A stretch of DNA of 64,000 nt from Eledone cirrhosa (GCA_964016885.1 OZ024765.1:8804001-8868000), one strand, 5' to 3'. Positions 1-13,041 are shown, counted from the stretch's first letter. The notes: a model not told the origin generated them from the letters alone. Made by a program: numbers and translations.

Positions 1-450
1 GTATTTAGTTCATTATATATATATGTATATATATATATTTATATATATATGTATATATATATATTTATATGTATATATATATATATTTATATATGTATAT
101 ATATATATGTATATATATATACATATATATATATATTTATATGTATATTTATTTATATATATATTTATATGTATATATTTATTTAAATATATATATTTAT
201 TTATATATATAATTATTTATTCATATATACATTTATTTATTTATATAATTATTTATTTATATATATATATTTATTTATATATATATATATTTATTTATTC
301 ATATAGATATATGTTTATTAATATATATTTCTTTATATATATATTTATTTATTCATATATATATATTTATTAATATATATTTCTTTATATATATAATTAT
401 TTATTCATATATATATATATTTATTAACATATATTTATATTTATATATTC

Positions 451-482
<32 letters not shown>

Positions 483-649
483 TTATTTATATATATATTT
501 ATTTATATATATATTTATTTATATATATTTATTTATATATATATTTATTTATATATATTTATTTATATATATATTTATTTATATATTTATTTATAAATGT
601 ATTTATATATGTATATATATGTATATATATATATATATATGTGTATTTA

Positions 650-702
<53 letters not shown>

Positions 703-740
703 TTACTTATATTTATATATGTATACATATATATACACAC
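1..740. repeat. Degenerate (TA)n/(TATT)n microsatellite
   Basis: Direct inspection; ORF 23..373 is its poly-IY translation. Confidence 0.95.
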
Positions 741-1074
741 ATCTGTCAAATATCTCTGATATAGATTTAATAATGCATTCAGTTTTCCGATAGTTTTGGA
801 TTTTATATATTCGTTTATCTTTTCCTAATATCTGTCACCTATCTTACCTCTATCACCTGTATTACTTGAATTACCTGTAGTATCTCCTACTGTATTGGGA
901 ATGAGGTATGTAGAGTGAGAGGTGTTTATAATGACAACTGCGCATATTTTGTTGGCTTCCTTAATTTTATGTCTATAGGTATGTATACAATGTTTCACGT
1001 ATACATGTTTGTATGTGTGTATATATAAGCTATTAGTTTAACAATGATAATAATAACGAAGGCAGGTTATATTG

Positions 1075-1128
<54 letters not shown>

Positions 1129-1169
1129 CGATATTAAACAAATGGAAACTATATTTATAAAACCATATT

Positions 1170-1235
1170 TATTTCATTATACATATTTCAGGGATACCAT
1201 ATTAAAAATATGGCATGCCTTCTTCAGATAAAATA
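1170..1235 (-). ncRNA. Type I hammerhead ribozyme motif in a PLE pLTR-like fragment
   Basis: Minus strand: tattttat CTGAAGA aggcatgccatatttttaatatggtatccct GAAA tatgta TA atgaaata; stems I and II pair, stem III is short and near-palindromic. Confidence 0.8.
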
Positions 1236-1307
1236 CAATATATATAATAAAATAAATATGGTTTTATATATTTGATATATATTTATCCTTATCGAGCCCT
1301 CTTTGGA

Positions 1308-1870
1308 TCATCATCATCATCATCATCATCGTTTAACGTCCATGTTCCACGCTTGCATGGGTTTGGACGGGAGTTTTCCCACTTGAGGCAAGAGTGGTTG
1401 TCTTGCTCGCATAGGACTGTCTGGCGGGTTTTCTACAGTTGGATGCCCTTCCTAACACCAACCACATTTACAGTGTGGGGCTGGGAGGTTTTTACCATGT
1501 TACCTACACGGCCACATTACAGCGTGGACTGTCTGGCAGGTTTTCTACAGCTGGATGCCCTTCCTAACACCAACCACATTTACAGTGTGGGGCTGGGAGG
1601 TTTTTACCGTGTTGCCTACACGGCCACATTACAGCGTGGACTGTGTGTTTTTTTGTCGTGACACCTACACGATCTCATTTGTTTCGGCCTGGATGTTGTG
1701 GCACCAACATAACTTTACATTGAAAGGGGCGGTGTGGATGGGGTGGGGGTGGTGGGACGGGGCTGTGTTTTGTTAGAGATGCCTACTGACTGTAGTAGGT
1801 TTTACTTTGTATTCAGGTAAGGCGGCTCTTCTCTATTACTGAGTACCGCCAAAGATCTCGGTCCAGTACG
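1308..1870 (-). mobile_element. RTE-clade LINE 3' fragment with (GAT)n tail and an internal ~135-bp duplication
   Basis: (CAT)n at 1308-1330 followed by the shared 3' stem-loop; homologous to 17771-18320, 14465-14695 and 54547-54715. Confidence 0.8.
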
Positions 1871-2103
1871 CCATCATCATTTAGTACACACTTCTCCCCA
1901 ACAGATATCGACAGTAAGTTGTTGGGTCTAGTCTGCATGAAGAACTCAATGTAATCCCGGAAAACAATAAAGCATAGATCGACATCGAAGTATAGTTACG
2001 ATGTACTATCATCACCTAGAAACGACCGTAAAGCAGTGAAGTATATTTCTAATGACTTGATTTTTTATTTCATTGTTTTAACTTATATATATATATATAT
2101 ACA

Positions 2104-2375
2104 TTGGGTGATGTGTTGTTTCCTTGAGCAAGACACTTTATTTCACATTGCTCCAGTTTAATCAGCTGTAGAAATGAGATGATAGGGACTGGGGTCCATA
2201 TCATTCCACTGCAAAGTGGTCGTGGAGGTGCCACAGCAAAAAAAGCACCCAGCACTCACTGTAAATGAGGTTGGTGTAAGGAAGGGCATCCAGCTGTAGA
2301 AATCAAGCCAGAATCAGTTCCCGTCCCACCCTTGCAAGTAGGGAAAAGTGGACGTAAAATGAAATGATGATGAAT
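2104..2375 (+). mobile_element. 5'-truncated SINE with RTE-derived tail
   Basis: Body matches 15086-15235 and the reverse complement of 24511-24770; ends ggacgtaaaatgaaatgatgatga. Confidence 0.75.
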
Positions 2376-2440
2376 GATATATATATATATATATATATAA
2401 TTAAAAAGAAAAAAATATATATATATATAATTAAAAAGAA

Positions 2441-2497
2441 AACCCATGCTAGCGTGGAAAGTGGACGTTAAACGAAGATGATGATGATGATGATGAT
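2441..2497 (+). mobile_element. Tail-only RTE 3' end (stem-loop plus GAT repeats)
   Basis: aacccatgctagcgtggaaagtggacgttaaacgaagatgatgatg. Confidence 0.7.
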
Positions 2498-2872
2498 ATA
2501 ATTAAAAAGAAAAAAAATATATATATATATATATATATATATAATGTGTGTAATAATAAATAGTACCCAGTTCCAAGTATGAAAATAGCTGGATGTAAAC
2601 TGACAAGTATACGACAAAGCTGAAATGCAATAAAAATGACAATAAAAAGGTGTTTAAAGACATTTAATGACTTACGATTGTTTTATCATGGCACAAGGCC
2701 GGAATAATCGGAGTTGATCATACTAAGATGGATGTTTTGTACTCTTCATCAAATATGACTTTGTCTCCTCACTTCAACTGTGTGGTGCTTTAGATCAGGC
2801 ATGTCAAAGGATATATTCTTTTAATGTTGAAATATTAAAGAAAATGTAAAGGAAGGGGTGGACAACGGAGCC

Positions 2873-3058
2873 AACACCAGAGCAAAAGACAGCAGCCAGG
2901 GGTACTGGGAAACCTCTCTTATGAGTTTTGAGGCAAGCCAGCACATTCGCATATATTAGGATATTTTTACCAGTTTAAACACCAGAGCAAAAGACAGCAG
3001 CCAGGGGGTACTGGGAAACCTCTCTTATGAGTTTTGAGGCAAGCCAGCACATTCGCAT
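2873..3058. repeat. ~80-bp direct duplication with a ~25-bp spacer
   Basis: aacaccagagcaaaagacagcagcc...gcacattcgcat at 2873 and 2978. Confidence 0.85.
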
Positions 3059-3060
3059 CT

Positions 3061-3205
3061 ATCTTCCACGCTAGCATGGGTTAGACGGGAGTTGTCCCAC
3101 TTGAGGCAAGATTAGTCGGGTGACCGTGTCTCGCTCATATAGGACTATCTGGCAGGTTTTCTACGGCTGCTGGATGCCCTTCCTAACACCAACCACATTT
3201 ACAGT
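3061..3205 (-). mobile_element. RTE 3' UTR fragment
   Basis: Reverse complement of 18555-18695 (same subfamily). Confidence 0.75.
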
Positions 3206-3229
3206 TTATATATATATATATATAAAATC

Positions 3230-3447
3230 TAAAGTCTGTCTTAAGCCAGAGGGCTCATTTGGCTGGTGTTTATCCTGGTTTCATCGTGTGAAGCAACCAA
3301 GAGTATAAGACTCCCCCCTGGACAGGACGCCAGTCCATCGCAGGGTTAAACTGCCAGCTATTGCTGGTATTTATTTTCAGCTGAGTATACTGGAGCAATG
3401 ACATTATGATCGTAAGTCCAACACCCTTACCACTAGGCCACGTGCCT

Positions 3448-3452
<5 letters not shown>
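3230..3452 (-). mobile_element. tRNA-derived SINE, internally deleted, with a V/Meta-like central domain
   Basis: Head ggaggcacgtggcctagtggtaagg (A box), shared ttgctccagt..ctcagctg block, aaccctgcgatggactggcgtcctgtccagggggag core. Confidence 0.6.
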
Positions 3453-3499
<47 letters not shown>

Positions 3500-3719
3500 G
3501 GGTAAAGAAGTGCCAAGAAATCCCAGTAGAAGGAAGACGTGCTAGAGGAAGACCACGAAAACATGGGCGGAGGTGGTGAGAGCTGACCTCAGATTGCTGG
3601 AGCTCACGGAGGAGATGACGAAGGACCGTGACAAGTGGAGAGATGCTGTGCTGAATAAAACCCGTCCCACCCTTGCAAGCAGGGAAAAGCGGACGTAAAA
3701 TGATGATGATGATGATGAT

Positions 3720-3720
<1 letters not shown>
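3500..3720 (+). mobile_element. RTE LINE 3' fragment (ORF C-terminus plus tail)
   Basis: Translates to VKKCQEIPVEGRRARGRPRKTWAEVVRADL..DRDKWRDAV; (GAT)n tail. Confidence 0.85.
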
Positions 3721-3750
<30 letters not shown>

Positions 3751-3755
3751 GTATT

Positions 3756-3814
<59 letters not shown>

Positions 3815-4331
3815 ATATATATATATATATATAATATAATGAAAAATTGAACAGGGACAGAACAGAGAGGCAGTACGATAAATGTTTATTAAATTCACGC
3901 TCAGGAGAGTGGGGGGTAGGTGGGGGACGACGTTTCGGGCATAAGCCCTTCTTCAGGTGAGAGTTCAAAAGGTGTGTAGGGGAGTGGTGGAGAGACATAT
4001 AGCGAAAGGAAACGGTGCGAATATATATATATACAGAGAGAAAGAGAGATTAGGTAGAATCAAAGAGAGTATTGCAGCATATGAACAAATATACTTTAAT
4101 GACTTATTACAAATATTTCAAAATCAATCAGTTCAGGGTACATTCAAGGTGACGGAGCCTGATTCCCCTTTGACATCTCCTCAGATATGCGAGTTTATAT
4201 GTTCAAAGACACTCTGCACACTGCAACTGCCTTAATACAAGACGGATCTTATAACAGTATTGAGTGCTTCGAATGGCAGGCCACCTGTAATTGTAGTTAC
4301 ACACCTAACACACACACACATATATATATAG

Positions 4332-4383
4332 GGCTTTCCTGATGATTTCCTTCAAATGAAACAGTTCTAGTCCCGTAGAAGCC
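4332..4383 (+). ncRNA. Type I hammerhead motif
   Basis: ggctttc CTGATGA tttccttcaaat GAAA cagttctagtcccg TA gaagcc; same family as 13051-13140. Confidence 0.7.
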
Positions 4384-4459
4384 ATTTCTATATTAAATAT
4401 TGTATATACTCTATTATGTATTGAGTACTTTACTGTGTTTACTCTGATTGAACCCGAGA

Positions 4460-4762
4460 TACACACACACATATATATATATATATATGTATGTATGTAT
4501 GTATATGTATGTGTGTATATGCATATATATATATATATATATATGCATATGTATGTATATGTATGTATGTATATGTATGTATGTATGTATGTATATGTAT
4601 GTATGTATATGTATGTATGTATGTATATGCATATATATGCATATGTATGTATGTATGTATGTATATGTATGTATGTATATGCATATGTATATGTATGTAT
4701 ATGTATGTATGCATGTATATGTATGTATGAATGTATGTATATATATATATATATATATATAC
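4460..4762. repeat. (TATG)n/(TA)n microsatellite
   Basis: Direct inspection. Confidence 0.95.
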
Positions 4763-6665
4763 GTTATTCCGGGTTGAATCGGAGGTAACCATAGTAAGTA
4801 AGGTACTCAATACATTGCAGAGTATAAAAGTTTTAATATATACTAGCAGTAAAGCCCGGCGTTGCTCGGGGTCGCTCAGTAGCTGTGTTAAAGTTACAAT
4901 GTTAAGTTTCTTTATTGGATTAAAAACTGTAGTGTCTACTGTGCAGACTTGCATGTGGTGTTTTTGATTAATATTCCCTCAACCAACAATATGCCTTACG
5001 AAGTTAAGAAAACATAACGATAACCCGAATGTTATAACAAAAGAGGATGCTGGGGATAAAAACTGCACTGGTTATTTATTAACAAAGATCGAAAATGTAA
5101 ACATTGCAACGCAGAGAAAAATATTAGCGTAACCAAATTATCAGTTATGTCTGTCTGCACGCCTATATCACCTCTCTGCACGACTGTCTGTCTGCACGCG
5201 TATATCACCTCTCTGCACGACTGTCTGTCTGCACGCCTAACGAAATTTACAGATACATATATTTTAAATAAACTTATATAATTTTTGCTTTTTTTTACGA
5301 AATTTTTGCTTGTTTTACGTAGTCTTTAAATAGACTTGTTTTCAAGTAAAAATATTGTTTTAAAAGGCTTTTAAATGGAAATGAAGCAAAACGGAAGCTT
5401 AGTGTTCGAACTGATGAAGCTGTGTTAAAGTTACAATGTTAAGTTTCTTTCTTGGCTTAAAAACTGTAGTGTCTACTGTGCAGACTTGCATGTGGTGTTT
5501 TTGATTAATATTCCCTCAACCAACAATATGCCTTATGACGTTAAGAAAACATAACGATAACCCGAATGTTATAACAAAAGAGGATGCTGGGGATAGAAAC
5601 TGCACTGGTTATTTATTAACAAAGATCGAAAATGTAAACATTGCAACGCAGAGAAAAACATTAGCGTAACCAAATTATCAGTTATTTTGAAACAAAGAAA
5701 TTGGATGGACATGATGAACAAAAAAAAAAAAATGCATTATCTGAAGTCGAGGGGCAGGCAGCATCAAATAGGTTTGCACTTGTGATAAAAAATATTGACA
5801 ATGTAATAGCTCAGATGTTTAAGTATAAAGTATGAAGAGCTCATAACATACCCATGGTGAGTTTGACGGGCAGATTATAGACAGCCACAGCATGCGAAAT
5901 GGATAGCTGCAGCAAAAGCCATATTCACCAAAAAGAATCACTAAAATCAACAAAACAGAAATGCTGCTTCCATTGCATCTTCAGGTGCAACTGAGAATGA
6001 TGACGAAAGTTTACTTTGACGCACCAGAAATGCTGTTGTCGCTTGTTGTCCATGTCGGAATGCATATTGAAACAATGAAAGAAATGACGGAAACAATCTG
6101 TGTATGTATGCGGCAAGTTGTGTGTCTACGTATTAAACGCCGGACTTGTCAGCGACTGGAGGGGTGTCCTTAACAATCGAAAGCATCAATTCCAGAGTCC
6201 ACTTTGACTTGCAAGCAATGCCGGGCCTATAGGTCTCGTGATGTGTCCTATGGTGTCAGAGGCGTTGTGCTTGTTAAGAAGTTGGCGTCATGTCGTCAGT
6301 TTCGAAGTTGCTGATGTCGCGTGTGTGTTAATGCATGAGCACGCATGTATGTCGTTCTTTTAACTGTGTGTGGGCGTATGTGTGGGTGCATATGATGGCG
6401 GTGTGTGCAAATACGAAGTGCGAATAAGTTTGTATATAGTTCTGTTGTTTGACATATATTTGTACAATGGTAGAAAATTCAAATGAGAAGTGATTCACTG
6501 TTGCATTGGTAACTGTAATTTACTCTGCAAATGCACTGAAAGGTATGTCTAGGTGTCAATAGAATGCACTGCGTCAATGTTGAATAAGTCTCCTTTTTTC
6601 AAGTTTCGTAGATGCTATATATTTAAGGCAGTTGGTGTAACATTGCCATTTTGAACATAAAAACT

Positions 6666-9064
6666 CTATAAAACCTCACGGTATACAATATTCTTTGTTT
6701 TTCCATTTGGAGCAAAGGCAAAAAGGTTATTCCGGCTGCCAACTCGAGAACACCCAACGTAGAATTGTCCATGTGAGAAACATGGTTCCTCCAGGTGAAG
6801 TCCTGCAACAGATAAAGTCTGACCCTGGGACTTGTTGATGGACATAGCAAAGGCAGCACGAAGGGGAAATTGAGTTCTTTTAAAAGAATAGGGTGCATCC
6901 ACTCCTGATGTAGTAAGAGTTACCATAGGTATTAAAACATCTTCTCCTTTTCCACACCCTGACATAATCGTAGCATAAATAATGTGCTGTGACATCCTAT
7001 TGACAACAAGGCGTGTACCATTGCAAAGCTTGGGAGGAGTTATATTCCTGAGAAGTATAACTGGACATCCTTCCTTGAGAGACAAAATATGTTGAGGTAG
7101 ACCAGGAATGTCCAATGAATTGAGGAATTCAATGGGATAACTGACCGCATCATGTGGATCAACATTGGTATCAATAGACTTAAAAGTCATATCATTTCCA
7201 GGAAGACTTTCAAGCATTTGGCGATTAATGGCGGAGACAGTGACATTTGTAGGAGCTAATATAGCCCTCTCACACAGCCATGCATGATTGCAGTAATTAT
7301 CTACCAAGCTGGGAAAAACGGGTGACTTGAGATCTTCGACAGTGTTAACCAGACAGCATATATTGTCGAGTGCAATGTCTCTATGCACATCTGAAGGTAC
7401 TTTGCCGTCGCCAAGAATGAGAAGGTCTTCAGCAAATTTTTCAGACACAGTATCGCCATGCAGTTGAATACGCATGTTAGGCAACAGGTAACAACACTTC
7501 AGACGAAGTGTTGTTACCTGTTGCCACAATGGAGAAGACTTCAGGCAGGCCCGAACTTGATCCGCTCTGGTGCCCTTTGGAATAACCGGCAAAGTTTGTC
7601 GAAAGTCCCCTGAAAGCAAAAGAGTTACACCCCCCCCCATGGTCTCCTGACAGTCTCTAATGTCTTTTAGCGTTCTATCTAAGGCCTCAATAGCTCCTTT
7701 GTGAGCCATGGTACATTCATCCCACACAATCAGTTGGCACCGCCATAGCAGTTCTGCTCTGGGACTATCCTTGGTGATGTCACAGAGCGGTGTTTCAGCT
7801 GATACCAAGTTAAGCGGAAGCTTAAAGGTAGAATGTGCTGTCCTACCGCCAGGAAGTAGTGTTGCAGCAATACCAGATGATGCAACAGCTATTGCGATAA
7901 CTTCATTCTGTCTAACTTTGGCAAGAATAAGTTTAGTCACAAAGGTTTTTCCAGTGCCTCCAGGGGCATCAAGAAAGAAGATACCACCCGATCGATGAAA
8001 TACATAATCAGTGATAGTGTTGTATGCTAATTGTTGATCAGGAAGTAGTTTTGATTCCATTTCAAACACATATCTAGCTAGAGCATCGACATCATAAGAT
8101 GTTTCTTGGATGATGAGAATTGGAATTTTATTAGAATCAGTGCGGTGGGTTTGTTGAAGACCGTATGCTGGCAAGGCATTCCCACCCATAAGGAAAATCC
8201 TGTCCTCTATATCTATAAGCCCTTTATTGTATAAATCATCACTGAAATCTATTTCTATGTCAGGAAGTAGTAGTTGAGCCTGGTGAAGGAAGTCCTCAGA
8301 CAGTTGGTTCCGAAACTTCAACCATAATGTGTAGGGATCACAAATGTTACATAAGTGAAGAAGCTTTGCAAAGACCTCTCGTAGGCTTCCAGCTGAGTGT
8401 GATGAAGCGATCTCCACCAAGGTTGCATCCCATCGTGAGTCATCTTCAAGCATTCCACGAGCCAAACAGGCATCTCTGTATGTAGACCAAACACGATTAC
8501 TGAAAGTTCTGAGGTCCTGAAAACTGGTCGGTCCTTTGACCTCATGCAGTAGCATTCGAAGATAGAAGCAACTGTGTTGATTTGGAGGAATCGTATACAC
8601 TCGCCCCAAGCAATTAGTGAATTTGATTCCAGGAACTCCAATAACTGGTTGGCCAGTCTTTCTGCGACACCATGTTTTTTTATTCCATGTGTAGTATGAT
8701 GGCACCTGAGGATACAGCAATGATTTTGCGAACTCATCGTATTTGCACAGTTTGAAGAATCCAGTTAAAGTTGTCTCCCTTGGGGTCTGTGCTAATTCAG
8801 TGGCATTTTCATTGGTATAATACACCCGTTGACCGTGTTCTAGGTGTGCATCTAATTTTACAATTGAAGGGTGCCTATCATGTATTGGAAAACCAAAGAT
8901 TCGCCAAAAGGCCTCGCTACTACTTATGTATCGACCTACTTGGAATTGTGTTACTTCGTCTCTATTGTTTTCGTTGAGTATACCGAACGAAGCAGCGTCA
9001 GAACCTTTATTAACATACTTACATATGTATTTGATGCACTTGACGGAGCTACAGAATTCAACAT
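6666..9064 (-). CDS. Helitron RepHel, C-terminal part: Rep motif 3 plus PIF1-family helicase
   Basis: The frame reads through from NVEFCSSVKCIKYICKYVNKGSD (9064) into ORF 6666..8825 with GGTGKT, DECTM, GDFRQTLPV, SQGQTL and HGQFYVGCSRV. Confidence 0.92.
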
Positions 9065-9730
9065 AATTGTGAATAGAGAAACGAAGCCTGCATGCTCCGA
9101 TGGATGTGTAACAGTAATATACGTGAACGACAAAGCATAAATGAATTGAGAGAGAGACTGAGCATAAGAGGAATCAAATGCTGCGTGCAGGAGAGGCGGT
9201 TACGCTGGTATGGACATGTGATGCGTATGAAGGATGACAGCTGCATAAAAAGGTGCAGAGCACTAGAAGTTGATGGAAACCGCGGAGTGGGGAGACCCAA
9301 GATGACTTGGGATGAGGTGATAAAAGCCGACCTTACCCAACTACACCTCTCAAAGTCAATGACACACGACCGTGACTTCTGGCGTCACGCAGTAATACAG
9401 GGTACCCGACCTCCCATGGGTACATGCTGAAGCATATAAACAATATGCCCCCACTCCCCCCACCGCAAGGGGGTCGTGGAGGTGCCACGGCAAAAAAGCA
9501 CCCAGCCCACACTGTAAAGTGGACGTGTAGGCGCCACGAAAAAGCACCCAGCACTCACTGTAAATGAGGTTGGTGTTAGGAAGGGCATCCAGCTGTAGAA
9601 ATCAAGCCAGATCAGTTCCTGTATGAGCAAGGCATGGTCAGCCGACCAGACACTGCCCACAACAGGACAACCCGTCTAACCCATGCTAGCGTGGAAGAAC
9701 GGACGTAAAACGGTGATGATGATGATGATG
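9065..9730 (+). mobile_element. 5'-truncated RTE LINE inserted antisense into RepHel
   Basis: ORF 9092..9430 (RRLRWYGHVMRM..GRPKMTW) is near-identical to 21166..21591; (GAT)n tail at 9714-9732. Confidence 0.92.
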
Positions 9731-12120
9731 ATGTGTGCGTTGAAAGTACTGAGCAGGAGTGGACAATAGGGAATGATCCATCCGTTGTCAACCTCGCCAT
9801 TCTTAACCCTAGCCGTAAAACCTCCATCTTCAGGTCGCCTACGTCTATATAATGGGTAGCCATCATTGCCAGTCTGAGTATCGCGAATAAATTGACGGGG
9901 AAATTTTTTAGTGCATCTTTTATTGCCTGTAACGCATGGTAAGTCGGTTCTAAAGCCAGGCCCACATGGACCATGCACCATATGTGCCCTAACTTTCATG
10001 TACAAGTCCTTGTCAGTGGAAGGATCTGGTAATTCTGCAGAGATGATCCTGTCAATGTCGTTAGAACTAACCTTTGTTGTCAGCCAAATAAGAATATGAG
10101 CATGGGGGAGGCCCCTTTTTTGCCATTCGATTGTGTACATGTCACATTGAACTGGTCCGAAAACCTCACCTAATTTCATAAGATCCATAAGCTTAAGTAA
10201 CTTAAGACGGAATACTCTAGCTGCGAGGCCATGTCGGCGTGTGCTGTTCTGACCAGGAAGGAGTTCGTCCTCAATCTCCTTCCAATTGGGGTTACATGTA
10301 AAAGTTATGAATAAGTCTGGCCTACCGTAATGTCGTACAATTGTCATGGCGTCCTGAGTCCTTTCATGCATATATCGAGGGCTTCCCGTGAAGGTAGAGG
10401 GCAGAATGCATACTTTTCCAAGACTCTCAGGATCCGCATCATTGTTCATTCCATCCCGAAGGTGTATGTAGCTGTCACAACGCAACTTTTTTTGATTGAG
10501 TTTGATAAAACACAATCTCTCAGATTCCATTTTTGCACACATGTCAGTTGCAGACTGGTTGAAAAGGTCTTGAGAGCGGTGGAGGTGATTAAAACAGTCA
10601 TCTCGGATCATGAATCGAAATGCATAGAAGTCCTTGCATGAAACTGTTTTGGTAGAATGAACCTCTGAATTGGTAGAGTTACATTGTGGAATGCCAAAAT
10701 GGTATCCATCCTCTCCATATACAAAAAGCAGTGGGTATTGGAGTGCGTCGTATGATCTGTGTGTTTCACTGATCCGTTGAAGTCCGTGGTCGTGATGCTT
10801 GATAACAATGTCACGTTTGTTGTGCTGATCACCAGCGAGAAGTATCGCAACCTCATTCAAAGAAGGTGAATTATAGCGGCCTGCATGTTCTCCAGATGGC
10901 CGCTTGTCAGCATCAATGACAACATAGTAATTATCAACAGGAGCTGTTTCTAATGCATATTTAAAGCTCTGAACATAGCTGTTGTGACTATGAAGCATGT
11001 CTTGAAGTTCAAAAAGGAGCTCCTGTCTAGTGTCATAGGCAATTGAATATTTCCTTGTTGCTTGTGGACAGTCAGTTAAGTTATTTGTTTTTTCTTTTGG
11101 GAAGGCAAATGTATTTCGCCTTGTAGCTTGTTGAAGGCAGTTGGACATGAAGTAGACCTGGAGAAATCGGGGCTCTTTATTATCTACAGGCTCCAGTGAT
11201 CCGATAAGATGATAAACCTGACCTTGAACTTTGAAAGTGGGCATAAATCCACCTTCATATTCATAACTCGATCCAAAAGATGTCATTTGGAAGGCACAAT
11301 TATAATGTCGAATATCTAGAAGGAAAGCTCTGGAGAGTGAATGGGTGCCTGTAAGAAGAAGCCTCAATGGCTGTGGTGGATCTCTAGGAGGGTGCAAGTT
11401 GACCTTACCATTAGAGCAGCACATTCCGGCTGGTTCGCACGGCCACTTTTTAGCTTTGCAAAACTGGCAAATTCCAGACATGTCACCAATTTGAATATGA
11501 AGGTGTGTAGCATAATTATTAGCGGGGACATAATTGAAAGCCTTCAATGACCACCGTGATTTCGCAGCCCTCGAAATACCCCGCTTATTGGCTTTAAACT
11601 GAAAAACACCCCCCAGTCGAATAGTTCGGTTACCTGCTGTCTCCGCTTCTCGCGCAGCTGCAGTAGCAGCCGCATCTCTGCCCTGACGAAGTGTACGTTC
11701 AATAGCATTCTTTGCAGCTCGAACAGTTGCAGTAACAGCCGCATCTCTGCTTTGACGGAGTTTACGTTGAACATCATTCTCTGCAGCTCGCGTAGCTGCT
11801 TTTGCCGTTGCATTTCTTGCAAGCTGAGTTTGACGTTCCACGTGTTTCACTGCAGCACATAAGGATGCAGTTGAAGAAGCATTTCTGGTGCGTCGGAATA
11901 AACATTCGTCATAATTCTCAGTTGCCTGTGAAGGTGCAATGGAAGCAGCATTTCTGTCCTGTTGACTCAAGCAACGCTCATCGATAGACAGAGCTGTTGT
12001 ATTCACTGAACACCCCGCTATTTCAGGCTGTCTAATGCTCGACGACACCTCAGTCAGCCTCCTTCTTTTTGTTATCTGAGACCGTGTCAGTCGTAATAAG
12101 GGTGTCCTTTTTTTAGGCAT
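9731..12120 (-). CDS. Helitron RepHel, N-terminal part: Zn-finger-like region and HUH Rep domain
   Basis: First ATG gives MPKKRTP; CQFCKAKKWPCEPAGMCCSNGKV; Rep motifs PDLFITFTCNP and EWQKRGLPHAHILIW. Confidence 0.92.
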
Positions 12121-12452
12121 CAGGGTGGTGGGCACGATTGAAACCTAAAACAAACAATCCCTCCATTTCGTCAAGATAAAATGAAATTAAAGTAAATTCA
12201 GCCTTATAAGACCGTAAAATTAATTTAAGTAGAAGGCCTAACCGCCAACGCCATAGTGAAATCAACCAACTTATACTGAAAATAATCCAAACGTTTAATA
12301 GGGAAAGTTTGCTAACCGTCGTAATAAAAAAATAAATATCAATAACTTACGAAGTAATGAACTCGCCGAACTTTTAAAGCGTCTACTAAAGATTTACTTA
12401 ATCGTCTGCACATTCGCTAATCGTCTGCTCATTCCATAAAAGGGAAATAATC

Positions 12453-12620
12453 GCCTATATCACCTCTCTGCATGACTGTCTGTCTGCACGCCTATATCAC
12501 CTCTCTGCATGACTATCTGTCTGCACGCCTATATCACCTCTCTGCACGACTATCTGTCTGCACGCGTATATCACCTCTCTGCACGACTGTCTGTCTGCAC
12601 GACTGTCTGTCTGCACGCCT
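12453..12620. repeat. ~31-bp tandem repeat in the Helitron 5' subterminal region (second copy at 5148-5240)
   Basis: cgcctatatcacctctctgcacgactgtctgtctgca units. Confidence 0.85.
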
Positions 12621-13041
12621 AACGACGAAATATTTGCTTGTTTTACGTAGTCTTTAAATAGACTTGTTTTCAAGTAAAAATATTGTTTTAAAATGCTTTT
12701 AAATGGAAATGAAGCAAAACGGAAGTTTAGTGTTCGAACTGATGAATTTTGCAGGTCAATATTTTGCTGGCTCGACAACTGTTCGTGTATTGTAATTTTT
12801 TACGTAAGACGCTCAATGTAAACAGAACAAAGGGAAATAACTGATCACTTACGCTCAAAAATCGATACATTATATTCGATTTCGTCACATAGGGCGGGTC
12901 AATTTGAAATTTTTTTTTCCGATGTCTTCGCTAGGGCTCAATGTACAAGTATAGCAATTTCGGTGCAATTCCGTGAGAGATTCTAAGAGGAGATGTGTGC
13001 CGAAAATCGATAGACAGACAGACAACCACAGTTTTATATAT

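Noticed and set aside
3926-3960. Hammerhead-like CTGAAGA agggcttatgccc GAAA cgtcgTC on the minus strand
   Set aside because: Stem II and the core are good but stem I does not pair, so it is probably a decayed pLTR and was not counted.
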